Of a stretch of 64,000 nt of DNA, positions 29,454-39,278 are shown piece by piece. The notes beneath the pieces were generated by a model. The model saw nothing but the letters and a program-made list of their open reading frames with translations, ran no database searches and was not told where the DNA came from. The stretch is from assembly GCA_964605155.1 (NCBI GenBank), contig CAZSAK010000004.1:8538-72537 (forward strand). The letters are read 5' to 3'. A program made the position numbers and the translations under genes. Each line of letters opens with the position of its first letter. The first letter of the stretch is position 1. This DNA comes from an uncultured Chromatiaceae bacterium (GTDB taxonomy: Bacteria > Pseudomonadota > Gammaproteobacteria > SZUA-140).

Positions 29454-30065
29454 ATGGATCGTCAGAAAATATTCTGTTTGAAGTTTTTCCGCGAAAACAT
29501 CATAGCGTGTATCAATAAAGTCCTTGGCCCAGCAAGTTTTGTTTCCATTTTATTCGCCGTATTGGCCATATCCACCTGCTTGTCGTTACTCGCTCCGTTG
29601 CCCGCCATGGCGCTGTCCAGTGATAGGGAGCAGCCTATTAATATCGAATCAGACAGGCTTGATATAGATGAAGAAAAAGGGATCAGTACCTACCAGGGCA
29701 ATGTTCATTATACCCAGGGCACAATCATCCTGGATGCGGATATACTGGTTTTGCATAGCCGGGATGGGGAGGTGTATAAGCTCGAGGCGTTCGGCGATCC
29801 CGCCCAATACCGTCAGCAGCTTGATAACAACCAGGGTGATTTAAGCGCCAAGGCGAAATCCATGGAATATGTTTCAGATACCGGCAAGCTGGTCCTGCGG
29901 GAGAATGTACGTATTGTCAAGGGCGAGGATGTGTTTACCGGTAATATCATCGAATACAGTACCCGGGATGAAATCGTCAGCGCCCGCAAGGCTGAATCGG
30001 GGGAGGAGCGGGTGCAGGTCATCATTCAGCCACGTCAACAATCATCTGAGCAGAATGCAAAATAG
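29454..30065 (+). CDS. lptA: LPS transport periplasmic protein LptA
   Basis: Signal peptide ending AMA, then SSDREQPINIESD (E. coli has DTDQPIHIESD) and OstA-like beta-jellyroll repeats. The ORF opens at 29403; the first Met downstream of the lptC stop was used as start. Confidence 0.75.
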   Translation: MDRQKIFCLKFFRENIIACINKVLGPASFVSILFAVLAISTCLSLLAPLPAMALSSDREQPINIESDRLDIDEEKGISTYQGNVHYTQGTIILDADILVLHSRDGEVYKLEAFGDPAQYRQQLDNNQGDLSAKAKSMEYVSDTGKLVLRENVRIVKGEDVFTGNIIEYSTRDEIVSARKAESGEERVQVIIQPRQQSSEQNAK

Positions 30066-30087
30066 CCGCTCGGCAGCGTAAACTGCT

Positions 30088-30813
30088 ATGCATGTCCTCA
30101 GCATAAAACATATCTCCAAACGCTACCGATTAAGAAATGTCGTCAATGGCGTGTCATTGAATGTCCGTAGTGGTGAAGTCGTTGGTTTGCTGGGACCGAA
30201 TGGGGCAGGTAAGACCACCTGCTTTTATATGATCGTTGGCCTGATCCCGTGTGATAAAGGGACTATTTCACTTGACGGCAAGGATATTGCCGCCTACCCG
30301 ATGCATGCCAGGGCCAGGCTGGGAATAGGTTATCTGCCACAAGAGGCCTCGATATTCCGCAAGTTGAGTGTTGAGGATAATATTCTTGCCATCCTGCAAA
30401 CCCGGAGGTCACTGGATCGCCATCAGCGCGAGCAGGAGCTGGAGGATTTATTGCACGAATTACATATCAGCCACTTGCGCGATAATATCGGTATGAGCCT
30501 GTCCGGCGGTGAACGCAGACGGGTTGAAATAGCCAGAAGCCTTGCAACCAAACCGCTGTTTATCCTGCTGGACGAGCCGTTTGCCGGTGTCGATCCGATC
30601 TCTGTCATTGATATTCAACGAATAATCAATTACCTAATTGAGAAAGGCATCGGTGTGCTGATTACCGATCACAATGTAAGGGAAACCCTGGGTATCTGTC
30701 AGCGTGCCTATATCATGAGTGATGGCGAGACAATAGCCGAGGGAACGCCCCAGGAAATCCTCGGCAATGAGCGGGTCAGGGAGGTATATCTGGGGCCACA
30801 GTTCCAACTATAG
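30088..30813 (+). CDS. lptB: LPS export ABC transporter ATPase LptB
   Basis: Walker [10 protein letters not shown], signature LSGGERRR, Walker B ILLDEP. Confidence 0.9.
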   Translation: MHVLSIKHISKRYRLRNVVNGVSLNVRSGEVVGLLGPNGAGKTTCFYMIVGLIPCDKGTISLDGKDIAAYPMHARARLGIGYLPQEASIFRKLSVEDNILAILQTRRSLDRHQREQELEDLLHELHISHLRDNIGMSLSGGERRRVEIARSLATKPLFILLDEPFAGVDPISVIDIQRIINYLIEKGIGVLITDHNVRETLGICQRAYIMSDGETIAEGTPQEILGNERVREVYLGPQFQL

Positions 30814-30961
30814 GCGATGGCTTCGTGAAATACGGCCTGAAATGGCGTTGCTTTAACCTGTGAATGACAGCGTGTAATGGCTGGTTGATTTGCGTTAAAA
30901 TTAGTCTGGTTGCCCGAGGCAGGGCCCGGAAGAGCATGGATATCGTGATTAAAAGTATATT

Positions 30962-32503
30962 ATGAAACAGACAATTCAACTTCGCCTGGGTCAGAATCTG
31001 ACCATGACACCGCAACTGCAACAGGCGATTCGCCTGTTGCAACTGTCCACCCTCGATTTACAGGCGGAAATACAACAGGCGCTGGATTCAAACCCGATGC
31101 TGGAACAGGCCGAGGAGGATCATAATGACGGTATCGCGGCGGAAGGGGACTGGGATTCCGAAGGGCAACATACGCAAAAGGATGCACTCAATGATACCAA
31201 AGGGGATGCGTCATCATTAAACAACGAAATAACCCAGCAGGATTTACATAATACTAATCAGGATGAGATTCGCCTGCCGGATTCCGAGCTACAGGCGGAC
31301 ATACCTGATGAATTACCCGTCGATAGTGCCTGGGAGGATAGCTATGATATACCCGTCACCACGACCTCGGGAGTTCAGCCGGAATTCAGGGGAAATGAAG
31401 GACAGGATAATTCATCGGAAACCTTGCGTGAACATCTACTGTGGCAAATGCGTTTATCCAAATTCTCCGAAAAGGATACCGAGATTGCCACGACAATCAT
31501 CGACGCGATAAACGAGCATGGATATCTGACAGCCGCTTTTGATGAGCTCATCGAGAGTATCAGCGATGATTATGAGGTGGATCCGGATGAGGTCGAGGCC
31601 GTTCTTCATCGTATACAAAACTTTGATCCGGTAGGGGTCGGAGCACGCGATCTGCGTGAATGCCTGCTGATTCAATTGCAGCAACTAGAGAGCGAGACGC
31701 CGTGTCTGGAAGGTGCCAGGAAGCTGGTTGCAGATCATCTGCAATTGCTGGCGAACCGCGATTATACCCAGCTGATGCGGCGCATGAAAATCTCTCAGGA
31801 TGATTTGCGCCAGATGATAAGTCTGGTGCAGTCACTGAATCCGAGGCCTGGGAGCCTTATTTCCAGCAAGACGGCCGAATATATCGTGCCCGATGTCATC
31901 GTCAAAAAGGAAAAGGATGCCTGGAAAGTCGAACTCAATTCCGAGGCGATACCAAGAATCCGGATAAATCTGCAATATGCATCTCTCGTAAAACGTGCCG
32001 ATAACAGTAGTGACAACACCTATCTAAGGAACCATCTGCAAGAGGCTCGCTGGTTTATCAAGAGCCTTAAAAGCCGCAATGAAACCCTGCTCAAGGTTGC
32101 ATCATGTATCGTTGAGCGCCAGCGCGATTTTCTCGAGTATGGTGAGGAAGCGATGAAAGCTCTGGTGTTACATGATGTAGCAGAGGTGGTGGATATGCAT
32201 GAATCGACCATCTCGCGCGTTACCACACAGAAATACATGCACACGCCGCGTGGTATATTCGAGCTTAAATATTTCTTTTCCAGCCATGTCAGTACCGAGG
32301 ACGGGGGAGAGTGCTCGGCAACAGCAATAAGGGCACTATTGAAAAAGCTGATCGCTGCGGAAGATCCGTGTAAACCTCTCAGTGACAGTAAACTTGCGCA
32401 GATATTATCAGAACAGGGTATAAAAGTTGCACGCAGAACAATAGCAAAATATCGGGAATCAATCACAATCCCTTCATCAAACGAACGTAAAAGACTGGCA
32501 TAG
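30962..32503 (+). CDS. rpoN: RNA polymerase sigma-54 factor
   Basis: Region [34 protein letters not shown], an acidic region II, the RpoN box ARRTIAKYR, and an HTH. Confidence 0.95.
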   Translation: MKQTIQLRLGQNLTMTPQLQQAIRLLQLSTLDLQAEIQQALDSNPMLEQAEEDHNDGIAAEGDWDSEGQHTQKDALNDTKGDASSLNNEITQQDLHNTNQDEIRLPDSELQADIPDELPVDSAWEDSYDIPVTTTSGVQPEFRGNEGQDNSSETLREHLLWQMRLSKFSEKDTEIATTIIDAINEHGYLTAAFDELIESISDDYEVDPDEVEAVLHRIQNFDPVGVGARDLRECLLIQLQQLESETPCLEGARKLVADHLQLLANRDYTQLMRRMKISQDDLRQMISLVQSLNPRPGSLISSKTAEYIVPDVIVKKEKDAWKVELNSEAIPRIRINLQYASLVKRADNSSDNTYLRNHLQEARWFIKSLKSRNETLLKVASCIVERQRDFLEYGEEAMKALVLHDVAEVVDMHESTISRVTTQKYMHTPRGIFELKYFFSSHVSTEDGGECSATAIRALLKKLIAAEDPCKPLSDSKLAQILSEQGIKVARRTIAKYRESITIPSSNERKRLA

Positions 32504-32533
32504 TACAATACTTAATGATGAGGTTCTGAATAT

Positions 32534-32845
32534 ATGCAGATAAACCTGGGAGGTCATCATGTCGATATCACACCTTCGTTGCGTGATTATGTAACCACCA
32601 AGTTTGAAAAGCTGGAACGGCATTTTGATAATGTCAGTAGTGTCCATGTTGTCCTAAGTGTTGAAAAGATGGCACATAAGGCAGAAGCAACCATTCATGT
32701 CAGTGGCGGCAATCTGTTTGCCGATGCAAAGGCAGAGAACATGTATGCCGCAATTGATGCCTTGATCGACAAGCTTGACAGACAGATTATCAAGCATAAG
32801 GAAAAACAGACAAATTATCATCGTAACAGCGGGAGATTAAAATAA
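32534..32845 (+). CDS. hpf: Ribosome hibernation promoting factor (sigma-54 modulation protein)
   Basis: 103 aa; MQINLGGHHVDITPSLRDYV... is typical of Hpf/YhbH. Confidence 0.9.
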   Translation: MQINLGGHHVDITPSLRDYVTTKFEKLERHFDNVSSVHVVLSVEKMAHKAEATIHVSGGNLFADAKAENMYAAIDALIDKLDRQIIKHKEKQTNYHRNSGRLK

Positions 32846-32849
32846 GAAT

Positions 32850-33344
32850 ATGATAAGACTGTCAGAACTGCTCGGAAAAGATCATATATTGCTGGCCAAC
32901 GATGTTAGCAGCAAAAAGCGCGTGCTCGAATTATTAAGTGAAAATGTCGCCGGGAAGATACCCGAATTAACAGCAGCCGAAATTTTCGACAGTCTGGTAA
33001 ATCGCGAAAGGCTGGGCAGTACCGGTCTGGGGCACGGTGTTGCCATCCCGCATGCACGCCTGAAAAGCGTCTCTGGCCCTATTGCGGCCTTCCTGAAACT
33101 GCAGGAAGGCATTGATTACGATGCCATAGATGGTGAACCGGTCGATTTATTCTGTGCACTGGTGGTGCCGCACCAATCAACGGATGAGCATTTAAAGATC
33201 CTGGCGTTGCTGGCTGAAATGTTCAGCGATAATGATTTATGTGCCCGGTTACGGGCGGCTGAATCGAGTTCCGACATCCATACACTTCTGATAAATTGGC
33301 AGCCTGCTGAAATGCCACCGGCTGTGAAGCGCGCACACAGTTAA
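32850..33344 (+). CDS. ptsN: Nitrogen-regulatory PTS protein EIIA-Ntr
   Basis: PTS EIIA type-2 fold with the active-site His in GHGVAIPHAR. Confidence 0.85.
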   Translation: MIRLSELLGKDHILLANDVSSKKRVLELLSENVAGKIPELTAAEIFDSLVNRERLGSTGLGHGVAIPHARLKSVSGPIAAFLKLQEGIDYDAIDGEPVDLFCALVVPHQSTDEHLKILALLAEMFSDNDLCARLRAAESSSDIHTLLINWQPAEMPPAVKRAHS

Positions 33345-33346
33345 AC

Positions 33347-34306
33347 ATGCCATCCGTCCCGTTATCTACAGGGGCTTTTATCACAGCTTACCAGCACAGA
33401 CTCGATCTGAAATGGTTGGCCGGACGGGCAGGTGAAAACCGCCCCATACGGATACATGGTTCTCAGGACGACAAGCACGTTTTTTCCGATGCTCTGGTCG
33501 GGCATCTGAATCTGGTACATCCGAGCAAAATCCAGGTTATCGGTCTTATGGAACTCAACTATTTAAATGGTCTGAGGAAAAATTCCTACCATGACGCCGT
33601 TAAACAGTTGTTCGAGAATGAACCGGCGTTCATTGTAATCGCCGATGGCATGCAAATGCCGGATGATATCAGGCAGGCTGCAGAAGACAGTGATACACCA
33701 TTATTGTCCTCTTCATTCCCGGGGCATAAATTAATCACCCATATGCAATATTATTTGTCGAACATGCTTGCCGAGCGGCAGATTGTACATGGTGTGTTCA
33801 TGGAGGTGCTGGGTATCGGTGTTCTGATAACAGGTGAGAGTGGCGTTGGTAAAAGCGAGCTCGCCCTGGATTTGATTACACGCGGGCACCGCCTCATTGC
33901 CGATGATGCGCCCGAGTTTTCCCGTATTGCACCGGATACGCTGAATGGCGTTTGTCCCGCGGCGTTAACTGGTTTTCTTGAAGTACGTGGTCTCGGTATC
34001 TTGAATATCCGCTCCATGTTCGGTGACAGTGCGATTAAACAAAATCGGAATCTGCGACTGATAGTGCATCTGCAGCATATACATGATACCGAAGTACGAG
34101 AGATTGACCGATTCCATGGTGGCAAACAGAGTATTGTTATACTGGAGGTCGAGATTCCACGCATTATATTGCCTGTTGCCCCCGGAAGAAACCTTGCCGT
34201 TCTGCTGGAAGGCGCAGTGCGAAATCACATCCTGCAACTAAAAGGATATAATGCGGCACAGGATTTTGCCGCTCTCCAGCAGCGCCTGATGTCGGAAGAA
34301 GATTGA
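33347..34306 (+). CDS. hprK: HPr kinase/phosphorylase
   Basis: Walker A GESGVGKSE, and the LIADD and LEVRG motifs of the HprK C-terminal domain. Confidence 0.85.
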   Translation: MPSVPLSTGAFITAYQHRLDLKWLAGRAGENRPIRIHGSQDDKHVFSDALVGHLNLVHPSKIQVIGLMELNYLNGLRKNSYHDAVKQLFENEPAFIVIADGMQMPDDIRQAAEDSDTPLLSSSFPGHKLITHMQYYLSNMLAERQIVHGVFMEVLGIGVLITGESGVGKSELALDLITRGHRLIADDAPEFSRIAPDTLNGVCPAALTGFLEVRGLGILNIRSMFGDSAIKQNRNLRLIVHLQHIHDTEVREIDRFHGGKQSIVILEVEIPRIILPVAPGRNLAVLLEGAVRNHILQLKGYNAAQDFAALQQRLMSEED

Positions 34307-35166
34307 TGAAAATGCTTGTGATAAGCGGGTTGTCCGGTTCCGGAAAGAGTATCGCATTACAGGCGCTTGAAGACATGGATTATTATTGCGTTGATAATCT
34401 TCCGCTCTCCCTGTTGATAAATTTTGCCGGCCAGATGATCAATACGGCGGGACAAAGAAGATCTGAAAATATTGCCGTCAGTATTGACGCTCGCAACGTA
34501 ACACATAATTTGCAATATTTTCATGAGATACTCGGTGAGTTGAAACAGATGAAGATTTCCTGCGAGGTGATTTTTATCGAGGCGAATGATTCCACCTTGC
34601 TTTCCCGTTTCAGTGAGACCCGCCGGAAACATCCGCTAACAAACCCCGATATGCCCTTGATAGAAGCCATTGCCGCAGAAAGAAAGTTACTGAATGTAAT
34701 TTCCAGTAACGCCGATTTGCACATCGATACGAGCAAGACAAATGTGCATGAATTACGCGATATTATCCGTGAGCGGGTTGCTAGAAAGGGTATTCTGCCC
34801 TTGTCGATACAATTTGTATCCTTTGGCTATAAACGCGGGATACCTGCTGATGTGGATTTTGTGTTTGATGTGCGATGTCTGCCCAATCCGCACTGGGATC
34901 CGCGTTTGCAGGCATCAACCGGAAAGCATCCTGATGTTATAACTTTTCTTGAACAACAGCCGATAGTCCTCACCATGTATGAAGACATCAAATCCTTTCT
35001 GGAACGGTGGATACCGAAGTTCGAGACTGAAAATCGCAGTTATATGACGATCGCGGTTGGTTGTACCGGTGGACATCACCGATCCGTCTATCTTGTTGAG
35101 TCGCTGGCTTCCCATTTCAGGAAAACATATGATAATGTCCTGACAAGGCATCGGGAGTTGACCTGA
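34303..35166 (+). CDS. rapZ: RNase adapter protein RapZ (YhbJ)
   Basis: MMKMLVISGLSGSGKSIALQALEDMDYYCVDNLP; C-terminal CTGGHHRSV. Confidence 0.9.
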   Translation: MMKMLVISGLSGSGKSIALQALEDMDYYCVDNLPLSLLINFAGQMINTAGQRRSENIAVSIDARNVTHNLQYFHEILGELKQMKISCEVIFIEANDSTLLSRFSETRRKHPLTNPDMPLIEAIAAERKLLNVISSNADLHIDTSKTNVHELRDIIRERVARKGILPLSIQFVSFGYKRGIPADVDFVFDVRCLPNPHWDPRLQASTGKHPDVITFLEQQPIVLTMYEDIKSFLERWIPKFETENRSYMTIAVGCTGGHHRSVYLVESLASHFRKTYDNVLTRHRELT

Positions 35167-35585
35167 TGGTAGGGTTGATGGTTATTACCCATAATCAGAT
35201 AGGCGCGGCCTTGATAGAAACTGCAACCAGGATGCTGGACAGCTGTCCGATGCCGGTTGAGGTAATTTCAGTAACTGCAGCGGATAACCCTGAGGATATT
35301 CTGCAACAGTCCGGAGAGAAACTTGCACGGATCAACCAGGGCGATGGTGTCATTGTCTTAACCGATATGTATGGCTCAACACCGAGTAATATTGCAATCC
35401 AGATATGTGAGAATCATGATAAAAATAAAAAGCGCGGTAATGCAGTGGTAATCACGGGTGTCAACCTGCCGATGCTGGTGCGCTTGTTGAATTATCCCAA
35501 CCTGAACCTGCAACAATTGATTGACAAGGCCCTGAGCGGCGGACGGGACGGTATTCTGTTCTGTAGTAACCGCCATGATGGATAA
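35166..35585 (+). CDS. PTS EIIA component, mannose/fructose family (soluble, no permease partner nearby)
   Basis: 139 aa EIIA-Man fold (VLTDMYGSTPSN). Position between rapZ and the HPr gene. Confidence 0.75.
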   Translation: MVGLMVITHNQIGAALIETATRMLDSCPMPVEVISVTAADNPEDILQQSGEKLARINQGDGVIVLTDMYGSTPSNIAIQICENHDKNKKRGNAVVITGVNLPMLVRLLNYPNLNLQQLIDKALSGGRDGILFCSNRHDG

Positions 35586-35588
35586 CAA

Positions 35589-35858
35589 GTGAAATCGAGG
35601 GAAGCGCTGATCGTCAATAAACTGGGGCTGCATGCACGTGCGGCGGCTAAATTCGTAACCCTGGCGTCGGAGTTTGCAAGTGACATATATGTAGCCCGTG
35701 GCAATAAAAAGGTCAATGGAAAAAGTATCATGGGCGTCATGATGCTGGCAGCGGGCAAGAACACTCTCATAGAAATCAGTGCTGACGGCCCGGACGAACA
35801 AGCTGCTGTTGACCGGCTTGAAGAACTGGTTAATCAGCGTTTTGGAGAGGAAGTATAA
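35589..35858 (+). CDS. HPr-family phosphocarrier protein (NPr/PtsO-like)
   Basis: 89 aa; active-site region GLHARAAAKFV. Confidence 0.8.
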   Translation: MKSREALIVNKLGLHARAAAKFVTLASEFASDIYVARGNKKVNGKSIMGVMMLAAGKNTLIEISADGPDEQAAVDRLEELVNQRFGEEV

Positions 35859-35962
35859 ATTCAGCACACTGCCTGATATAAATTTTTTATTGATTCAGCA
35901 ACGTTAGCAAAGGACGCATGCCGATGTTACCAGTCTGCCGTTATTCCAGGTGTTGAAGCATT

Positions 35963-37705
35963 ATGGGTTTGGTGCTGAGCGGCATAAGTATTTCACGGGG
36001 GATTGCCATCGGTCAGGCATATCTTCTGGAACACGATGATCTTGAGATCAGTGAATACAGCATCCCGCAGCACCTCATCAAGCATGAAATTACCCGCTTT
36101 AAAACTGCTGTGGAAAAGGCAAGACAACAATTACACGATATTCGTAACCGGATACCGATCAACACCCCCACGGAGATTACCGCCTTTATCGATGCCCATT
36201 TGCTGATGCTTGAGGATGCCGCTCTTTCAGAGGCTCCCAAAAATATTATCAAAACCAGACAGTGTAATGCTGAATGGGCAATGAAACTGCAACGGGATGC
36301 CCTTGTCAGCGTTTTTGATGCCATGGATGACGCCTACCTGCGTACCCGCAAGGATGATGTTGATCATGTAGTTAAACGCATTCAATCCTATCTGATCAAT
36401 CAAGACGGCCAGTCTCACAATGCCCCGGAGGGGTGGCTGAAGAACAGCATAGTCGTCGCCGAGGATCTCTCACCTGCAGAAATGATGATGTTGCAACATC
36501 AGGGTGTAGCCGCATTTGTAACGGAATACGGCGGGCCGAATTCTCATACGGCAATACTTGCGCGCAGTCTGGGGATACCGGCCGTGGTTGGCATACATCA
36601 TATCCGCGGTTATCTTGTCCAGAATGAGATCCTGGTCCTCGACGGCCAGAGAGGTGTCGTGCTGGCGAACCCTGATCCACAGGAACTCGAGTATTTCCGC
36701 TCCCTGCAACGTACTGAAAGACTCCGGCATGCCGGACTCAAGAAACTGAAACAGCAACCCGCTGTTACCAGTGATGGCCAACAGGTCTCGTTGCTTGCCA
36801 ACGCTGAGTTACCCGAGGACATACCGGCAATCAAGCGCGCCGCCGCCGCCGGAATCGGACTGTATCGCACTGAAATGCTGTTTATGAGCCATGATTCATT
36901 ACCTGATGAGGAAGAACAATACCGGACTTATCTGAAAATAGTGCGCGCCATGAAGGGCGCACCGGTTACCATACGCACTATAGACATTGGTGCGGATAAA
37001 CAGGCCCAAGGCAGACGGCAATCCGGCTCAATGGCAACCAACCCGGCTTTGGGACTGCGCGCGATCAGATGGTGTCTGAAAGATCCCGCGCAGTTTATAC
37101 CGCAAATCCGCGCGATACTCAGGGTCTCGGCACATGGCCCGGTAAAGATGATGATCCCGATGTTGTCCACTATACAGGAATTGACCCAGGTATTGCGTAT
37201 TGTGGAACAGGAAAAAGCATCCATGCAAAAGCATGGTATTCGCTTCGATAAAAAGATTCCGATCGGAGGAATGGTGGAGATACCTGCCGCCGCTTTGGCG
37301 GCCAGTGCCTTTGCCCGGCATCTTGATTTTCTCTCTATAGGTACCAATGACCTGATTCAATACACTCTGGCGGTGGATCGTCTCGATGAAGAGGTCAATT
37401 ATCTTTATAATCCCCTCCATCCGGCAATCCTGCAATTGATCAATATGACGATGGTCGCGGGCAAAAAGGCCAATATTCCAGTTACGATGTGCGGTGAAAT
37501 GGCCGGTGATACGCTTTATACCCGATTGCTGCTGGGCATGGGATTGAGGGAGTTCAGCATGCTGTCTGGTTCACTGCTGGAGGTAAAGCGTATCATAATT
37601 AGCAGTGATGCCTCTGTCTTGTCTAGACGTGTTCGAAAGGTTATGAAGATGTCCAACCCGGTGGAGATATTGGAGTTCGTAGAGAAAATCAACGCCGCCG
37701 ATTGA
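35963..37705 (+). CDS. ptsI: Phosphoenolpyruvate-protein phosphotransferase (Enzyme I)
   Basis: 580 aa. N-terminal HPr-binding region, phospho-His region GGPNSHTAILARSLGIP, and a PEP-utilising TIM barrel. No GAF domain, so it is PtsI-like rather than PtsP. Confidence 0.85.
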   Translation: MGLVLSGISISRGIAIGQAYLLEHDDLEISEYSIPQHLIKHEITRFKTAVEKARQQLHDIRNRIPINTPTEITAFIDAHLLMLEDAALSEAPKNIIKTRQCNAEWAMKLQRDALVSVFDAMDDAYLRTRKDDVDHVVKRIQSYLINQDGQSHNAPEGWLKNSIVVAEDLSPAEMMMLQHQGVAAFVTEYGGPNSHTAILARSLGIPAVVGIHHIRGYLVQNEILVLDGQRGVVLANPDPQELEYFRSLQRTERLRHAGLKKLKQQPAVTSDGQQVSLLANAELPEDIPAIKRAAAAGIGLYRTEMLFMSHDSLPDEEEQYRTYLKIVRAMKGAPVTIRTIDIGADKQAQGRRQSGSMATNPALGLRAIRWCLKDPAQFIPQIRAILRVSAHGPVKMMIPMLSTIQELTQVLRIVEQEKASMQKHGIRFDKKIPIGGMVEIPAAALAASAFARHLDFLSIGTNDLIQYTLAVDRLDEEVNYLYNPLHPAILQLINMTMVAGKKANIPVTMCGEMAGDTLYTRLLLGMGLREFSMLSGSLLEVKRIIISSDASVLSRRVRKVMKMSNPVEILEFVEKINAAD

Positions 37706-37728
37706 AATCCATTGATATAGTCATGATT

Positions 37729-37750
37729 AAGGGTGTATAAACACCCTTTT
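37729..37750 (+). terminator. Rho-independent terminator downstream of ptsI
   Basis: AAGGGTGTataaACACCCTTTT: an 8-bp stem plus a T-tract, 24 nt after the ptsI stop. Confidence 0.55.
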
Positions 37751-37861
37751 GCCGTGTGATCCCATATTCCGATTGAGGGTGTTGACCGGGGATATTACAC
37801 TTACGGCATTGCCATTCGATACATATTTACAATTCAATCATCGGAACCATAAGTTTGGATA

Positions 37862-39238
37862 TTGCAGGGCAGGGCCATGCCGGATAATAACAACGATAAA
37901 GAAAAACATCAGCAAAGACTGCAGCGCTTTACGGCAGCGCTCGAGAGCGGCACCCTGGTCAATGTCCGTAATATGCTCAACAGCCTGCATCCGGCTGAAA
38001 TCGCCCATTTACTGGAATCATTGCCTCCGGACGAACGTGAGTTGGTATGGGAACTTGTCGACCCGGAACTTGATGGCGATACCCTGCTGCATGTTAATGA
38101 TGAACTCAGAGCCAGTCTTATACGTGACATGCTGCCTCATGAACTGGTTGCGGCTGCAGAAGGCATGGACACCGATGACCTGGCCGATATCCTCCAGGAC
38201 CTCCCCGATGCTGTAATTCAGGAAGTGTTGCAGTCGATGTCGGTTCAGGACAGACATCGGCTGGAGGCGGTTTTATCCTACGCGGAGGATACCGCCGGTG
38301 GTCTGATGAATACCGATACCATTACGGTACGGCCTGATGTGACCGTGGATGTTGTCTTGCGCTATCTGAGGTTGCGCGGCAAGATTCCGGAAACAACGGA
38401 TAATCTGTTCGTGGTCAATAGAGATGATTATTATCTCGGGGCCCTTTCATTGACATCCTTACTGACCAGTTCACCGACATCGCCCGTATCGGAACTGATG
38501 TCAAAAGACATCGAGGGTATACCTGCGATGATGTCGGCCGATGAAGTCGCTAATATCTTCGAGCATCGTGATCTGGTAACGGCGCCGGTTGTCGATGGGG
38601 ATAAGCGGCTGTTGGGACGTATCACCATCGATGACGTAGTGGATGTTATTCGGGAAAAATCAGATCATTCACTGATGAGCCTCGCCGGTCTTGATGAAGA
38701 AGATGATATGTTCGCCCCGGTTTTCATCAGTGCTCGCCATCGTGCCGTATGGCTGGGCGCCAATCTGACAACGGCATTCCTGGCATCCTGGGTAATCGGC
38801 TTGTTTGAAGCCACAATCGACAAGGTTGTGGCATTGGCGGTATTGATGCCCATTGTTGCAAGTATGGGTGGTATCGCCGGGAGCCAGACCCTGACACTGG
38901 TAATACGTGGAATCGCACTTGGTAAGATTGGTGATTCGAATGCCCGTTATCTGTTGATCAAGGAACTGGCGGTCGCTTTAATTAATGGCCTGTTATGGGC
39001 TTTGGTGGTCGCGGCTATAGCGGTGCTGTGGTTTGATAACTATCAAATCGGCTGGATAATCGCAGCGGCTATCGTTATTAACCTTGTGATTGCCGCGTTA
39101 ACCGGCGTGCTAATCCCGATCATATTGCGTAAACTGGGAGCTGATCCTGCCTTGGGAGGGAGCGTATTGCTGACCACTGTGACGGATGTAGTCGGTTTTA
39201 TGGTATTCCTCGGCCTGGCGACTATATTCCTCATCTAG
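37862..39238 (+). CDS. mgtE: Magnesium transporter MgtE
   Basis: MgtE N-domain, tandem CBS domains, and a C-terminal 5-TM pore domain (MPIVASMGGIAGSQ). An alternative start at MPDNNND (37877) is possible. Confidence 0.9.
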   Translation: MQGRAMPDNNNDKEKHQQRLQRFTAALESGTLVNVRNMLNSLHPAEIAHLLESLPPDERELVWELVDPELDGDTLLHVNDELRASLIRDMLPHELVAAAEGMDTDDLADILQDLPDAVIQEVLQSMSVQDRHRLEAVLSYAEDTAGGLMNTDTITVRPDVTVDVVLRYLRLRGKIPETTDNLFVVNRDDYYLGALSLTSLLTSSPTSPVSELMSKDIEGIPAMMSADEVANIFEHRDLVTAPVVDGDKRLLGRITIDDVVDVIREKSDHSLMSLAGLDEEDDMFAPVFISARHRAVWLGANLTTAFLASWVIGLFEATIDKVVALAVLMPIVASMGGIAGSQTLTLVIRGIALGKIGDSNARYLLIKELAVALINGLLWALVVAAIAVLWFDNYQIGWIIAAAIVINLVIAALTGVLIPIILRKLGADPALGGSVLLTTVTDVVGFMVFLGLATIFLI

Positions 39239-39278
39239 CCCTGTACCTTTTTCTGCAAGAAACAGCCCATTCATCAAA

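Noticed and set aside
37751-37861. Mg2+ (M-box) riboswitch upstream of mgtE
   Set aside because: The leader is about 110 nt after the ptsI terminator, with no recognisable M-box conserved helices. M-box leaders are mainly a Firmicute feature.
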